This document shows positions 15,031 to 29,679 of a stretch of 64,000 nt of DNA, one piece after another; within the stretch, counting starts at the first letter, position 1, and every line of letters starts with the position of its first letter. A program made the translations under genes and the position numbers. This DNA is from Octopus vulgaris (taxonomy: Eukaryota): NCBI GenBank assembly GCA_951406725.2, contig OX597836.1:2728001-2792000 (forward strand), written 5' to 3'. Below the pieces are notes generated by a model. It was not told the origin of the DNA and made no database searches. It saw only the letters and a program-made list of their open reading frames with translations.

Positions 15031-15854
15031 CTTCATCCTTCGTACACATACATATGTCGATGCGGGAGGAAATTGAAATCAGATCGTAAAGTCGGACGTT
15101 ATCCTAATAAACATCTCACCGGCGTGCTAACAATTGAGCCAGCTCTCGGCCTAACACACTTCATAGATGCAAAGTGGTGATATTTAAACGGTTTAAAAAA
15201 TGTTTTTGGATAACAATTGAATCCCACTCAGATCTAAACATATTTCTTTAAACAATGCAAAATTGCAGCACTTAATTATTTTAAAGTCTAAATTAAATTG
15301 AAAAACAAATAAATCAGAACAAAAAGATCTCTCAAAGAAAACATTTCTCTTTATCTTTTCAAAATAAAACATAACTTCAAAATGCTGAAATGCGATAAAA
15401 ATCTGAAATTGAATCTTTAAATCTTAAATTGTATCACCAGGAGGTTGGTTAGTTTGCAAAGCTGAGCTGAGAGTGAGTTCCTAAATACTATCAGAGAAGA
15501 AAACCGAAAACACAGCAATAACACCAACAATAACATTTACAATGAATAACAGATTAGAGTGTGTGTTTATACGACGAACTTACCAGTGAATGGTTCGGGA
15601 GATCTTAAAGATGCAGGAAAAACAGCAAATTTTTTTATCTAAAAGCGCTTGAAAAATACGAGGCATATCAAAGACAACGATCAAAATATGGTCTGGTAGA
15701 GACTGGAATGGTCTTGCTCGTATTTCTCTTTAATCAATATCTGAAATATCTTCCTACCATCCAAGAAACGAGTGGAGGCGGACATTAGTGTAGTATTAAA
15801 TACACTCATCGTGAGATTATCCTGAGTGTATTCTTTCAGTGATAGTATATTGTA

Positions 15855-16050
15855 GTCGGCTATTAGCACGCTGGGCAAAATGCTTAGCGCCATTTCGTCC
15901 GAGTTTGCGTTCTGTGTTCATATTTCGCCGTGGTCGACTTTGCTCTCATCATTTGGAAGTTGATATCATAATTACCAGTTGAGCTCTGGAGTTGATGCAA
16001 TCAATGTACCCCTCCTCCCAAACTGCTGGACTTGTGCAAAAATTGAAACC
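15855..16050 (+). mobile_element. SINE family A copy
   Basis: ttagcacgctgggcaaaatgcttagc...ggtcgactttgctctcatc. Confidence 0.85.
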
Positions 16051-16669
16051 GATATATACTAGGTAGCTGAATATAAATGTGAAGGAAGCACCTTGCAGCC
16101 ATTCATCTGCTTTTGATTTACCGATTCCAATTATTCATGAATAGATAAAAAAACCTCTCTTAATATGCTCACCATTGGCTTCCCTAAAGCTAAGCGAGAC
16201 GTAAGCTAAAGAAGAGGCAGGCGTGATATTTGGTATGCACTTTAATTAATTTATACGTCACACACATCCCTTCAGGTGAGAGAGACTTTCTCCACAAATG
16301 ATATAAGAATCGCTAATGAATATTTAGGAAATATATTGTCTGACGGCAAAAACAATTGTGTTTATCCATTGCGCAAGAAGGCATTTAATTTTATAGTCAA
16401 AAGAACGGCTGTGAGATAATTTCAGTAGGTAGGATTTGAAATCAAACGGCTGACGGAGAAAAGAGAAGTAAATGGCCGACGGAGAAAAAGTAAAGTAATT
16501 CTGTTTATCAATCGCTTTTGATTAGGAAATCTCTTTTATCGACCGCAATGTGATGAAAGAGAAATATGAGTTCGACGAGATATAAAAGCTGAGCCTATAA
16601 ACACACAGCAGACACACGAAGATATTTTCTTGAATGCCGAAAACACTCAGGCATCCTACTTGCCTGAAA

Positions 16670-16885
16670 TTGTTCATTCGAGCTGACAGAATTGTTATGA
16701 CGCCGGGCAAATGCTACGCCACAATACATCCGTCTAAACGTTCTGAGTTCAAATTCGGCAGTTATTGAAGTTGCCTTTCATCGTTTCGGGGTCGATAAAA
16801 TGACTATCACTTGAACAATGGGGTCAATCAAATCGACTATCCTTCTCCTCCCGAAGCTGATGACTTGTGCCAATATCTGAAATCG
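16670..16885 (+). mobile_element. SINE family A copy
   Basis: gagctgacagaattgtt...gttctgagttcaaattc...gcctttcatcgtttcggggtcgataaaa. Confidence 0.85.
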
Positions 16886-17049
16886 ATATATCGAAAATAA
16901 AAGCGAAAAGATTCGTTGCTTTAAAGGTTCTACCTGTCCTCTACTTTAAAGTACTAATGTACTATTTGGGTTAAGATTAGGGTTAGAGTTCTGTTAGAGA
17001 CTCTAAGCCTTCTACATCAACTCTATTAAAATATCTCTCGTATGGACAT

Positions 17050-17192
17050 AGTTGTGTTCGATTCTCACCGAGAGTGACTTTGCCTTTCATCCTCTCGCGA
17101 GCGATAAAATAAGTACCCATTCAGCACTGGCATCAATACCATTGACTTGATCTTTCCCCCAAAATAGCTGGCCTTATTCTTAAATTTCAAAC
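17050..17192 (+). mobile_element. SINE family A 5'-truncated copy
   Basis: gactttgcctttcatcctctcgcgagcgataaaataagtacc. Confidence 0.75.
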
Positions 17193-18002
17193 CATCCTGG
17201 TTCTGCTAGGTAAGCATTGGCATGGATTGATATAAAAGACATACACAGAATATTCTCGATAATATAACAACGTTGAAATCTATAAAGTAGCCACAAAATC
17301 ACTAAAAAACAGCAGTAAATGCCTATAAACTATGGCTAGGTTAAATGCTAACAGTTTTACATGTAGATATCTGCTCCAGAATCAATGCAGCGAACGGAAG
17401 AATAAGAGAAAATATAATTAAAGATCACACAATGTATAGAAGAGCGAATATGGGATTTCAGAGTGTGGGAAAAGATAGAGACAAGGAAAGGGTGGCATGA
17501 TAGATTGATGGTGAGTGAAACAATGTGTAATCACGTGGGGAAGTGATAGAGATGGAGATAGATATCGACAGAGCGTGAGTGAGAATGAGGCACATAGAGA
17601 GAAAGAGAAAAAAATGGAGGTAGCGAAAGGGCTGGGTTTAGTCAGAGATAAGGGTGAAAGATCGAGAAATAATAGAAATGATGAATTATAATATAGCTGA
17701 AAGGTGCCACAGAATTTGGACGAAATCCATTCCATACATTCAATTTCTGATCTTTTACTCAGCGATGCCAAAAAAGTAGAAACTAGCTAATAACAGCGCC
17801 GTAAACAACGGCAGTAAGAACACATCAAGAACGAAGAGGACAACAGAATTGGCGGCAGCAGCGGCGACGGCAGCGGTGCCAGTCAGAAGAATAACAAACA
17901 ATAAACGGAGTCTAAAAGTGTAGAGCATTCATTGAAATGAAATACGTCCAGTTGTGCGAATGCATTCGCAATTTAATACATGCATTATGTGTGTAAGGGA
18001 TA

Positions 18003-18163
<161 letters not shown>

Positions 18164-18232
18164 ATATCGGAACAACTGTGCATTTGAGAAAGTATATATT
18201 TTACACTCAATCACACAATATATGTGTAAGTA

Positions 18233-18285
<53 letters not shown>

Positions 18286-18296
18286 CTCTCTCTCTC

Positions 18297-18364
<68 letters not shown>

Positions 18365-18368
<4 letters not shown>

Positions 18369-18545
18369 CTTGATAACCGATGCTGGTGTGTTTACGTCCC
18401 CGTCACCCAGCGGTTCGGCAAAAGAGACCGATAGAATAAGTACTGGGCTTACAAAGAATAAGGCCCGGGGTCGATTTGCTCGACTGAAAATGGTGCTCCA
18501 GCATGGCCACAGTCAAATGACTGAAACAAGTAAAAGAAAAGAAAA
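18365..18545 (+). mobile_element. SINE family B 3' part
   Basis: cttgataaccgatgctggtgtgtttacgtcccc...gactgaaacaagtaaaag. Confidence 0.9.
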
Positions 18546-18550
18546 AAAGA

Positions 18551-18588
<38 letters not shown>

Positions 18589-18609
18589 TATATTCATATA
18601 TATATATGT

Positions 18610-18960
18610 AGGTATTTCATCTATCTTTATGTTCTGAGTTCAAATTTCGCCGAGGTCGACTTTGCCTTTCATCCTTTCGGGGTCCATTCAATAAGTACCA
18701 GTTACGCACTGGGGTCGATATGATCGACTTGATCCGTTTGTCTGTCCTTGGTTGTCCTCTCTGTGTTTAGCCGCTTGTGGGTAGTAAAGAAATAAGTATT
18801 TCATCTAATTTTACGTTCTGAGTTCAAATTCCACCGTGGTTAGCTTTGCCTTTTATGCTTTCAGTGTCAATAAATGAAGTACCAATTGCGTATCGGGGTC
18901 GATCTAATCAACTAGCCCCCTTTCCCAAACTTTTGGGCCTTGTGCCTAGAGTAGAAACTA
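18610..18960 (+). mobile_element. SINE family A tandem dimer
   Basis: Two bodies joined at aaagaaataagtatttc (~18786-18802). Confidence 0.85.
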
Positions 18961-19509
18961 ATATTCCACAACGTTAAAAGTACTGAAGCTGCTCCTGGAG
19001 GCGTTAAACCGTCTTCCCGACGGATTATATCTGCAAACCAAGTAATCCATACAGGCACTTAACTTCAGAACAAAGATCAGAATTATATACCACAAAAAAT
19101 CCGCTCCAATATATTCCGGCGATTCATTGCCCTCAATTCAATTGCTACTTTCCTCCTAAAGGATGGATGGCAACGATGCCGTCGGCCAATTTGAACCCAT
19201 AATGAAGAGAGTTTGAACACATATTGGCAGTCATTTTACGCAATACTCTGTCTGAAAATTAAGCGTGTCTGTGTATTATTAAAAGATTGCATCAGATTTA
19301 CGGAACGGCTAATATGAAGTATTAGCAGGATTAAGTGTCATATCTAAGTAGTTAATTATCGAAGTTACGATTAGCATTTGTTCCAATTAGCAATAGATTA
19401 TTTTGTAATGGTGTAAATAGTTTTTAATTGCTTACGAAAGAATAATTGGAAATTATTTAGTTCGTTAGCGATAGGAAAAAATGTTTGTTATGACGAAGAG
19501 TAATTTTTT

Positions 19510-19942
19510 TTCTGTTTTACTTGCTTCAGTCATTGGACTGCGGCCATGCTGAGGCATCGGCTGAGAGAATTTTAGCCAAATGAATCATACGCAAGATTTC
19601 TAAGATTTGAAACCTGGAATATATATTATCGATTCTTTTAGCCAAACGACAGGTTGTCGACTAGTGCTGTGAGACAAACACAGACACAAGTCACAAAGGC
19701 ACGAAGGCACAAAGACACGCGCACGCACACACGTACACATGCACGCAGGCAGACACACGCGCATATACTTATATAATGTACGGGCATCTTTCGGTTTCCG
19801 TCAATGAAATCCACTCGCAAGGCTTCGGTAGCCCTGAAGATGTAATAGAAGATACTTAACCTAGAATCTATGCAGTGAGATTGAACTGGGGAACATGTGG
19901 TTGGCAGAGAACTCTCGTAGCACACAGCTATCCCCGTGCCTC
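19510..19942 (-). mobile_element. SINE family B, diverged full-length copy
   Basis: Collinear with 11430-11831. Confidence 0.8.
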
Positions 19943-21302
19943 TATATATAAGAAGTTATCTTGGAGATTAGACACAAGTAAGTAACAATTAATGTGTACA
20001 TGCTTCACCGAGTTAATTGCTCACGTGTACACACACATACATAGACATACATATACATACACATACGCATACATAGACACCACTCCAAAGGGGTGACGCG
20101 TTTCTTTTATACCATGAAGACCTGTCCTAATACATAAGAATTTTTCTCTTTATTCCGTCAATATCATTTACACTAACAATGTATTTCACAAATGTATTTC
20201 TTTTAGGTCCATCTTAAAAGATGCTACGATACTGAATTCTGTCCATACGTTTTCAGTCCTGCAACTGCGATTCGAAACCGAACTGCTAGATAGACGAGCA
20301 GACATTTCGATCAAACTATAAATGATTCAGGCGATCGGTCTACTAATCGACCAACCAACATCAAGTCATTTTTTATTCAATTTTATAGAACCTTTTTCCT
20401 TGAGCCCTAACAGAAGGTGCATTTTGGAGGTAATAACCAGAATGTTGACACAGACACCCCTCGTCTCCATTCTCATCAATACATCGCGCCGAATAAGACA
20501 GGATATGGTTGACAGTAGACAGGAATTTCCGTCGCCACGAATATGGAGCAAGTACTTCCCAGTTGTGATGAACAACCACATATTGCTATATCAGTTAACT
20601 TGTGGTCAAACGCAAGCATTATTTCTCTCCTTGTGTGTAATTATTGCCGTTAGAATTTGTAAAAAACAAACACAGTTAAAACATTATGTGCGTTAATAAA
20701 ATCTTCTGGTAATCGTTCAACTCCCAGTGGTGTCGGGCGTCAACGAAGAGCCCCCGACTACAGCAATTCGACCAAAGTTTATTTTCCCAAGGTCTGGGGT
20801 CTCTCATCTCTAAGCCCTAGACCATCACCTAACCACCCTTACCAGTCTTGTTGCTTAACAACAACAACACCAGCAGCGACAACCACATACCAGGTGTCAG
20901 TTTTTAGCACAATAATTATAAACAGAGTTACAAATGCATTGAATCAATGTTAAACTATAAATTTACTAAGCATTCCAATATATATGTGCGTGTTTGAGTA
21001 CACGCTTATGTGTATGTGTAGGAATATTATCTTTTATAACATAATGAGCAATCTGTGCTTGTGGGAAATCTTCTAAATGCGGATTTATCCAAATTCTGTG
21101 AAGAGGATCTTAGAACCTTTCAATAAAATATTATATTAGAGGGATAATACGCACGGACAGCAATCTTAAAGATATAATTTTCAAATGACAGGGTTACTCT
21201 AGGAGCTAATACTAGAAACAGCTGCTGATACACCTTAATATATTCCCATATAATCTCAAATATATTATATATAAGCGTTAGTTAATATAATCTGTCTTAG
21301 AG

Positions 21303-21510
21303 AGGCAACGAGCTGGAATAACTTTTAGGCGAAATGCTTAGCGGCATTTGGTGCGTCTTTACGCTCTGTGGTCTAGTTTCGGCGAGGTCGACTTTGTCAT
21401 TCATCATTTCGGGATCGATAAAATAATTAACTGTGAAGCACTGGGGTCGATTTAGTTGACTTATCCTCTCCAACGAAATAACAGATTTATGTCAGAATTT
21501 GAAACCAATA
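21303..21510 (+). mobile_element. SINE family A copy
   Basis: aggcaacgagctggaata...gcgaaatgcttagcggc...gaggtcgactttgtcattcatc. Confidence 0.85.
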
Positions 21511-21629
21511 TAATCTGCTTACAACACACCAAAGACTACTGGATATTCTCAGCCATAATGCCATGGAGCTCTTGTCTTTAGACTGAAATTTTATTTGATT
21601 TTAAACCACATAATCTGATATAAAAGACA

Positions 21630-21820
21630 AAAGAGTTTCTAGAAATAGCAGCCAGATTTAACGCATATCTTCTCTTCTCTTCTTAGCAACGGGAAAGACA
21701 AAAGGATAATGTATTTTTATGCTGTGTAATTAAAACAAATGAGATGGTCACGAATGGTATGTCTTAGACGATAACTTTCCATGAATATAATTGGACTGAG
21801 GTTAAGTAACCTAGGCAACA
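21630..21820 (+). repeat. Old dispersed repeat containing TAGAAATAGCAGCCA; related copy at ~34480-34830
   Basis: Shared gagatggtcacgaatgg(t/a)atg at 21741 and 34759. Confidence 0.55.
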
Positions 21821-21899
21821 ACAAGGTGACTGACTGAAAATGGTAGTCAAATTATGAGGTGATAGTATATAAGATTTTATTTTCTTAAAGCACAGAGAA

Positions 21900-23300
21900 A
21901 AACCAACGTCATTTCTACAAATAGAATTACTGCAATTAGACACGTGCGAGATTAAGACTAATCTAAGAGTTAATCCGAGCGAAACAACAGGAGCAAGATG
22001 AAATAATAAAGAGAATAGACAATTGTGTAGCCTTAAAACAAAATACGAGGAAATAATAGGATACAGTAATATAAGAATTTGCTGAGAGGCAGAAAACAGA
22101 ATGCAGAAAGTGATGCTCTTAAAGAACACAGATGGAATCAGTACAAATTGCTTAAAGATTCTTAAAGAAAATTGTAAAAATTCCATGTGAGATTTTGAAA
22201 GAAATAGTCAAATCCGAAAAATAAAATTCTTCAAGTGAATTGTGTTGATGCTTTAGATATAAAAAAAGCAATAGAAAAATGGTTAGTGAAGCAGTTAAAA
22301 TGCTTGAGGATAAATAACAAAAAGACCATTGCGAATCAGTGAACAACAAGATATTATCAAAGTCACAGATAAATGAAATAAAAAGCAGAAATGCCCATGA
22401 GAGACTATGCTAAGATCAGTACAGACTATAGGACAAAAGAATACTATATTATCGAGAAATATAAAAATGTGAAAGAAAGAACAAAAGACAAAAAATATCC
22501 TGAAAAAAAAAAGTATTATTGAAAAGGAAATCAACAGCAGAGATTATCAAGCATGGAAACAAATATTTCAAATCGATCGAAAATGGAAATAGATCTATAT
22601 CTTTTTGACGGCTGCAAAGCCTCAAGCACCCGACGTTATCCGGAGAGAAGTTCTTTTTAAAACAGTAATAATGCCAAATATTACATCCTAAACGTGATTA
22701 ACAAAAGCTGGTATCGAAGATCAATCCCATACTTCTTGAAATGTCATATGATTATCAAAGCAGGAAATCTATCCAATGATATATTGTCATATTCAAACTT
22801 TAACACAAACACCGGGAAGGTCGGTAATATATGGGAAGGGCGGGATTATTTGTGAAGGGCTCTATGATCAGAGAAAGGAGTTTTCTTGGTCAGGAAATAA
22901 GTGAAACATCAGAGATGAATCAATGCCTTTCCTGTAAAATTAGAAGCAACAAGAAAGAAATGTTAAAATGCCCAAATCTTCAAGCTTTTCCTATTATTTC
23001 AAATATTTTTCATGTAGATACCTAAAAAGGTAACTTGCACATTTTTCTCCTCTAGCAAGGAAAATCATTTATCTCAAGATGGAGGGGGTTGGATATTAAA
23101 TAATATTATATATTGTATGCATGCCATGTTTCTAGACGTTGTCGTAGGGAAAAGAGAGTTTGTGCCAAATTAATGAAGAAGATGTGTTAATTCTGTCTTT
23201 TCTATACGACCACCCTCGCGCGTGACGATAACCCGATGTTAATATTCTTGCATTATTTGTGAACACAAGCAGTTTGAAGGCGTTGCAGTTCCATATCATT
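21900..23300 (+). pseudogene. Highly decayed non-LTR (LINE) ORF remnant
   Basis: A-rich coding-like strand; near 22615-22790 KA.APDVIRREVL...ILNVINKSW...IIKAGNLS resembles the LINE RT N-terminus KAPGPDG..../KKGDLS. Confidence 0.4.
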
Positions 23301-23669
23301 CCTCACCAGTAAAAGTCCCAAATACAGGAAAGCAACAGGCTTCGTTCAATGCTTTTCAATCCATTGATCATCGTCTCTTTTTACCCAAAGCCAGTGGCTT
23401 GCCTTCACCACTGTAGCGTTTGAGTCAGTCGTAGCAACGAAAATCATCACCTCATGCTGCTTCAAATGAAATTCTTACATTTCAATTCAATTTACATCGC
23501 ATTTGTTTAGCGAAATGATGATAAGTATTAGACTGCCCCTAGCTTTTTATATTCATCTTTAATATACACATTAGCATTTTGCTCAATCAGCCCTAAATTT
23601 CGTTGGTAAATATATACATACATACATATATACATACATACATACATACATACATACATACATACATAC

Positions 23670-23716
<47 letters not shown>

Positions 23717-23718
<2 letters not shown>

Positions 23719-23918
23719 AAAATGAGTTGCGACGTCTCTGGTGCCAAGCTGTTTCGACGTTTGCCTTTCCTTTGGATAACATCGGAGGTGTGGAGAGCGG
23801 GGGCCGGTATGCATGGGCGACTGCTGATCTTCCATAAACAACCTTGCACGTACTCGTGCCTTGGAGGGTAATTTTCTACGTACAATCTCATGGCTATTAG
23901 TGATCGCAGGAGTTCTCC
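23717..23918 (+). mobile_element. SINE family C 3' part
   Basis: aatgagttgcgacgtctctggtgccaagctg...ttccataaacaaccttgc is the reverse complement of 59250-59450. Confidence 0.88.
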
Positions 23919-23924
23919 GATACA

Positions 23925-23990
<66 letters not shown>

Positions 23991-24328
23991 AAAACATAAT
24001 TAGATAGATCGATAGAGAGATAGATTGATTGATTGATTGATTGATATATAGAAAAATAGGCAGAGAGATCGATCGATAAATAGATAGATATATAGATAGA
24101 TAGATAGATAGATGTTCACAAAGCTTCTAGCTATCAGGGTGAAGAGTTCATTCACGGGGTATTGGTGGTACTTGGTTTAGAGTAGAGGGCACTTCAGTCC
24201 CATTATGATTAACGGGCCGCGCAATGCTATTGAACCAGAATTTGTGTGGTTGCTAAGCAGCTATCTTAAGCACACAACTATTACAGTAATGATTTCCATA
24301 CTGTATCAATAGGCATTGCAGCAGCAAC

Positions 24329-24409
<81 letters not shown>

Positions 24410-24410
24410 T
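24329..24410. repeat. (GTA)n microsatellite
   Basis: Pure array. Confidence 0.97.
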
Positions 24411-25744
24411 TGTGTTATTGTGACATTTTCAACGTTTTTTCGCGCAGGATGTTTTTTTCTTTCTCCGCTTCCAAATTCAGATCTTCATGAACCACGTTGA
24501 AACAATTCAAGCGAACAGTTGACAGCTCAACAGTGACGATTGCTGGTGTGGTTTGTTGAGAATGAAACATCACAATTAATACGCTTCTACTTCAAAAGCA
24601 GAACTGCATAAAGCACATTAATTCTCACGCACAAATACAAGTACCCAACACACACACCTACGAACATACACACAATCACATATACACACACACACAACAT
24701 ATATACACATGTATACTTATATAAAGGAAATTGATCTTCCAGCACATTCGGTTGTTCGATCACATGCATTGTATCGATTTATGAGCTGAGTGATAGATTT
24801 TGTTTTTTGAGATATTTTTTTTCTATAGACATAGTTACCCGCCATATTATTCCGCAGTCGAAAAAACCTGAGACAGATCATACCACCTTTCTTTCCTCTT
24901 TTTCTAGTTGCGGTCGTTGAACGACGGCCATGTTAGTGACCTGCATTTGAAGGTTTTCGTCGAAGTAATTGACCCCGTTACCTTTTCAAAAGTCTGTATG
25001 GCACACTTTCAGCAAGCTACGGAGACGTAACACAAGAAACACCGGTTATCAAGTTGTACGGGCAAACACGTAGCTGAGTTGTTTTCAGGATATTAAATAT
25101 TTCTCCCTAATCGACGAAGTTTTCAGTTCAAATATTTCCAAGTATTTTGGTGACCCGTCATAACTTCTTTCATGGAGTACTCGTTCCTGAGAAAAACATA
25201 TTTGTGAGTAGGACTTATGCGCAACAAATTTCGCTTCAAATCTCCGCGTTGAAAATTCTTTATTGTCAATATATCCGTATATTTTTGTTCACTTTTACCA
25301 AAGCAGGGATTTTTCCGGCTTCAGACTTTAAGAGTTAGTTACTGGCAGCAGAGAACTGAAAATAAGAATTTAAAAGCAAAACAGGGCAAATGAATTAACT
25401 ACAAAGGAATTTCTGCCTCGTTTTCAAGGATTTCCTTTTTACTCGCAAGTGAAAAACTTAAACAATTGTAATCCCGATCGAAGGGTTCGTGAGGTGAGGT
25501 GGAACTGAAATTTATTTGAATAGCTTTACACCAGATAAAAGGAAAATGTTTCCAGTGTGTAGAAATATAACATCCTGAGAAACCACTTTCCATGTATGCA
25601 CACACAGACACACACATACAATCATAAACACTTATACGCGCACGCGCACACACACACACCCTCATTTATATATTGGTAAGCACGATCCAGGGATCTAAGT
25701 GTAGGAGGTTCATAAGCCTCAAGTAAATAAGCGGTTAGTATAGA

Positions 25745-25972
25745 GGCGAGCTGGCAGAAACGTTAGCACGCTGGGCGAAATGTGTAGCCGTATTTTGTCT
25801 GCCGTTACGTTCTGGGTTCAAATTCCGCCGAGGTCGACTTTGCCTTTCATCCTTTCGGGGTCGATAAATTAAGTACCAGTTACGCACTGGGGTCGATATA
25901 ATCGACTTAATCCGTTTGTCTGTCCTTGTTTGTCCACTCTATGTTTAGCCCCTTGTGGGTAGTAAAGAAATA
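25745..25972 (+). mobile_element. SINE family A, young full-length copy with 12-bp TSD
   Basis: TSD GGTTAGTATAGA at 25733-25744 and 25973-25984; pol III A/B-box-like tggcagaaacgtt and ggttcaaattcc; central gcctttcatcctttcggggtcgataaa resembles the Meta/MESC SINE domain (recalled). Confidence 0.93.
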
Positions 25973-27299
25973 GGTTAGTATAGACGACAAAAGCAGAAAG
26001 AGTCGATATAAAAATTGATTAACATCGTACGTTACATATTTCTTCCCATAATGAAGTTAAATTAAATTTTCCGTAAGCTAATTGTCTCCATGCAACCCAT
26101 GGTTTCGTACCAAACGCTGCTAAGAATGTTAATAAATATCCAAAACCAAAGGTGTGCAACAGGTTGAATATTCACTACAATTGTTTCATAACTAGCTGAG
26201 ACTCGTTACGTATGTAATACCGAATTCAACGTAATGCACAAAATTGTGTGCTTTTGAGAGGAGATGCAAGTTCTTGTTACTTTTTGTTTCATATGTGCAG
26301 CAACACATATGTCTGCATTTTATATCAAATCATTTTAATCAGTTGATTGATTCTCCAAATCGTATATATAAGTCTATAAACAAGAAGTGCTATATTACCT
26401 CTGTGATATCGTTTTGCTGTTAATGACCTTTAACTGACCATCACTGGAAACCATTCCCTATGACGTAGTCATTAATAATTTCCACCTTCATTTTTTGTCC
26501 TCTAACTCCAACGTCTCTCATCTGCAAGATTTGATTACAATGACCTTTATCATGTGTTTCTTTAATATTTCAATTTTATAATTGGGAAACAATATATAAA
26601 TACGTAAGTAAAATTAAAACAAGGCGTAAAAATGAGACAAGTGTACTTCTTGATAAATATTTTCTAAGCAATTGGGAAAATTGTCTTATTATATTCAATG
26701 CACTTAGATTAGGAGCACAAACGTATAGCAACCAGTTATCAAAACGGTGCCATGATACAATGTTTAGGAAAATTGCACTCATAATTCTCACTGAGACCGC
26801 AAATGCAAATTCTTAGCAGTCCTCAAATAAAATCGATCTTCGTAGTGCAAAATATCCGATGAATACAAATCCCTGATGTTATCAATTATTCGAGACGAAA
26901 ATAATACGGAAGATCATTAGTGCATTGGCCACCATCATAAACATCATTATCAGCTTTAGCAACCAAACACACAATGAAAGGCATTTCAAATTCATACTTT
27001 TGATACTGTGAGATTCTAAGCTTTTATCGAACTTACCAATTTGAATAAATGTACATCGAAATATAAGCTTAGCATTAGTTTTAAATTTTGGAGTAAAGCC
27101 AATAGATTTTAGAGGGTGGGGGTAAGGTGTTTGCATCGAACCAAGTGCTAAAATTGTACTTACTTTGTCGACGAGGAAAGGGAGAAAGACACAGGCGACC
27201 TCGCCAGCGATTGAACATCTGTAAAGAGCCGGAAGATAAGCTGCTAAGCAATTTTGTGTGGTACACTAACGATTCGATTCTGCTATATCGAAATCTTAG

Positions 27300-28360
27300 A
27301 AGATAATCGTAACAAGCTAATCGAATAAACTCATTCCATTTTACAAGAGTAAATAATGGAAGAAAACATAGAGATTTTCGACCTAAGTGTCATACTACAG
27401 CAACAGAACCTTATCTCCAACAAGTAAAAGAATATACAAAGACGACGGTTTAGCACTAAAATTTGTCATATTTGAAAAAGGAACATAAAGCGTAAAAGCA
27501 ATCAAATACTTCAACCTCAAATATTTATCCAAAGCCACCTACAAATTCTATGTTTCCTCTCCATAACATTCATTCCAAACACACTTTTCTAATTACCAAG
27601 AACATAGAGCGCCGTTTATATGGGATAACCTCCTAAATGTCCCCTGAGTAAACAATAGTCGACCAAATATTATCGTATAAAATACGAAGCTACCGACTTC
27701 TAAGTAAAATAATGTTCATATACGAAGCGGCACAATGGGACCATAAAATGAACAGAAAATAAACCCAATTATCTCCTTTCATCTGTTCTTTAATTAGATC
27801 AACATTCGCGTCTCAAACGTCACCACAAACTATCCAATATATAAAATGTACATATTGCCTACTGTTCTCCAACGATAACACGGCATCGAATTAAAAGATA
27901 TATCCCGAAACAAACATCTCAGGTCAGAAAGCACATCAATACCTCAACCCCACAACAGACGTCAACCATCCAATGTTCCGCAAATTTCATAAAATTAGAC
28001 ATCGTTTCAGACAAGATTAATGCATGTGGAAGAATCCGACAAGGTCTTTATTGGACATAAAACAATCACATCCCATATTACAGGAATGCAAATCTCAAAA
28101 GATCACAAATATCTCAGTTGAGGGGAAATTTCAAAATAAATTTTTCAGGCAAAATTCAGGTAAAGTCTTTATCGGAGCAATTCAGGATACATAATGTCAA
28201 ATATACCCAATTAATTCAACGTCTGTCAATATCTACAAAATGAACGTAACAAATTGTATATCGAAGTAAAAGTTAAATATATGGAGAGGGGTAGAAAATT
28301 ACACCATCCGTTAATAAAGTAGTTCTGTGACATGTACCGGCAAACTTATAAATTTGCACA
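27300..28360 (+). pseudogene. Decayed PLE (Naiad-like, YRDDGL-type) RT plus GIY-YIG remnant
   Basis: RIYKDDGLAL at ~27429; LKIFIQSHLQILCFLSITF (cf. LKITI..N...VNFLD.T); KCPL at ~27635; TC-RQTYKF (cf. terminal CRH..KF) at ~28330; read across frameshifts. Confidence 0.55.
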
Positions 28361-29634
28361 AGATATTTCAGCTTTACAGGGATGTTACGCTGTAATCCCG
28401 CCTCGAAGCATTTTTCTAAAGTACAAGCTATGTAAATATCCTATGGCGCAAAGTCTAAGGATAGAGTACTGTCGGTATCGGATAACCAATACAAACGGAA
28501 GAATCCAGCACTTTTATCAACAAATTGACTCGCAAAAAAGTCTGACTTTATAGAGACACCAGAAATGAAAAGAAAACTCAAACTTGAATGTATATGTTCT
28601 GATGTCAAAGAATCATTAACAAAGCAGTGGAAACGAGAACTGAAGCAGGCATAAAGGATATCAATGGCATAAACCACTTGTATGAAGAAGACATCTACTG
28701 AATCATTTCTCATTAGTAATTGCGTTTCTTCACTCCACCCAGATACAATATGTAATCTAACCTCAACGGCTCTGGATGAAATAATATTGAAGAGAAAACA
28801 AGTGCTGGTGTTAAGAGCTTAGCGTTATCTCTAAATGAAGGAATGGAAGTTCTATAAAGATACGGACGTCGTGAGAGCAAAGAAAATATGGGATTACACT
28901 TGGAAACCAATTAAGCCACGGTGTGAACAGAGAGCAATTATAGAGAAAATAAATGACTTGAAGGGAAAGTGAAAGCTGCATCAATTTCAAGTACGCAATC
29001 AAGGAAGCATAGAAGAAATATCCTGAATGAAATAAAGGAGCTTTTGTGTTGCTTCTTAGAAGGTTACAACAATAATGGATTCCTCAAAGTAGCGCTGAAA
29101 TGAAACGAGTAAGCATCATCTCAGTAATTATCGAAAAGTTAACAAAAGAAGGCGAGCGATTCCAGGAGGAATTAAAGAAACAATCATTGCAAGTATAAAA
29201 ATCGAAAAAGAATTCATAATGATTCTGTAACAGGCTGCAAGTTCATTACGTGAATCTCTTCTGGCCAAACATCTCTATCTTAAATTTATTGATGAAACGT
29301 TCAAAAATAGAAGACATGATAGCTTCGAGGAAATACATAATTTTAAAATCGGTATTCCATGGCATAGAAGAAAATTAATTGGTTACGTTCGTATTTAGTT
29401 TGGGTAAACCGTGTGTATAGGATGGCGCTACCAATCAAGAAGTCGATGAAGAAGTATAACAGAGGAAATGAACTTGAAGTGATATCATATAACGTTTTAA
29501 GATCAGAGAATCGATAAAGGATATCAATCTTAAATTCGAACGCAACGCACTTTAGACGCGAAGGTTAGAAACAGAATTTGGTTACTCCGTGCATATTTCA
29601 AACATACACCAATAAATCACACACACACACACGC

Positions 29635-29679
<45 letters not shown>

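Noticed and set aside
16966-16991. TTAGGG-like repeats
   Set aside because: Only about four degenerate units; not enough for an interstitial telomere call
21639-21654. CTAGAAATAGCA matches part of the SpCas9 sgRNA scaffold
   Set aside because: The match covers the synthetic GAAA tetraloop junction and is only 12 nt; there is no cas gene, tracrRNA or repeat-spacer array
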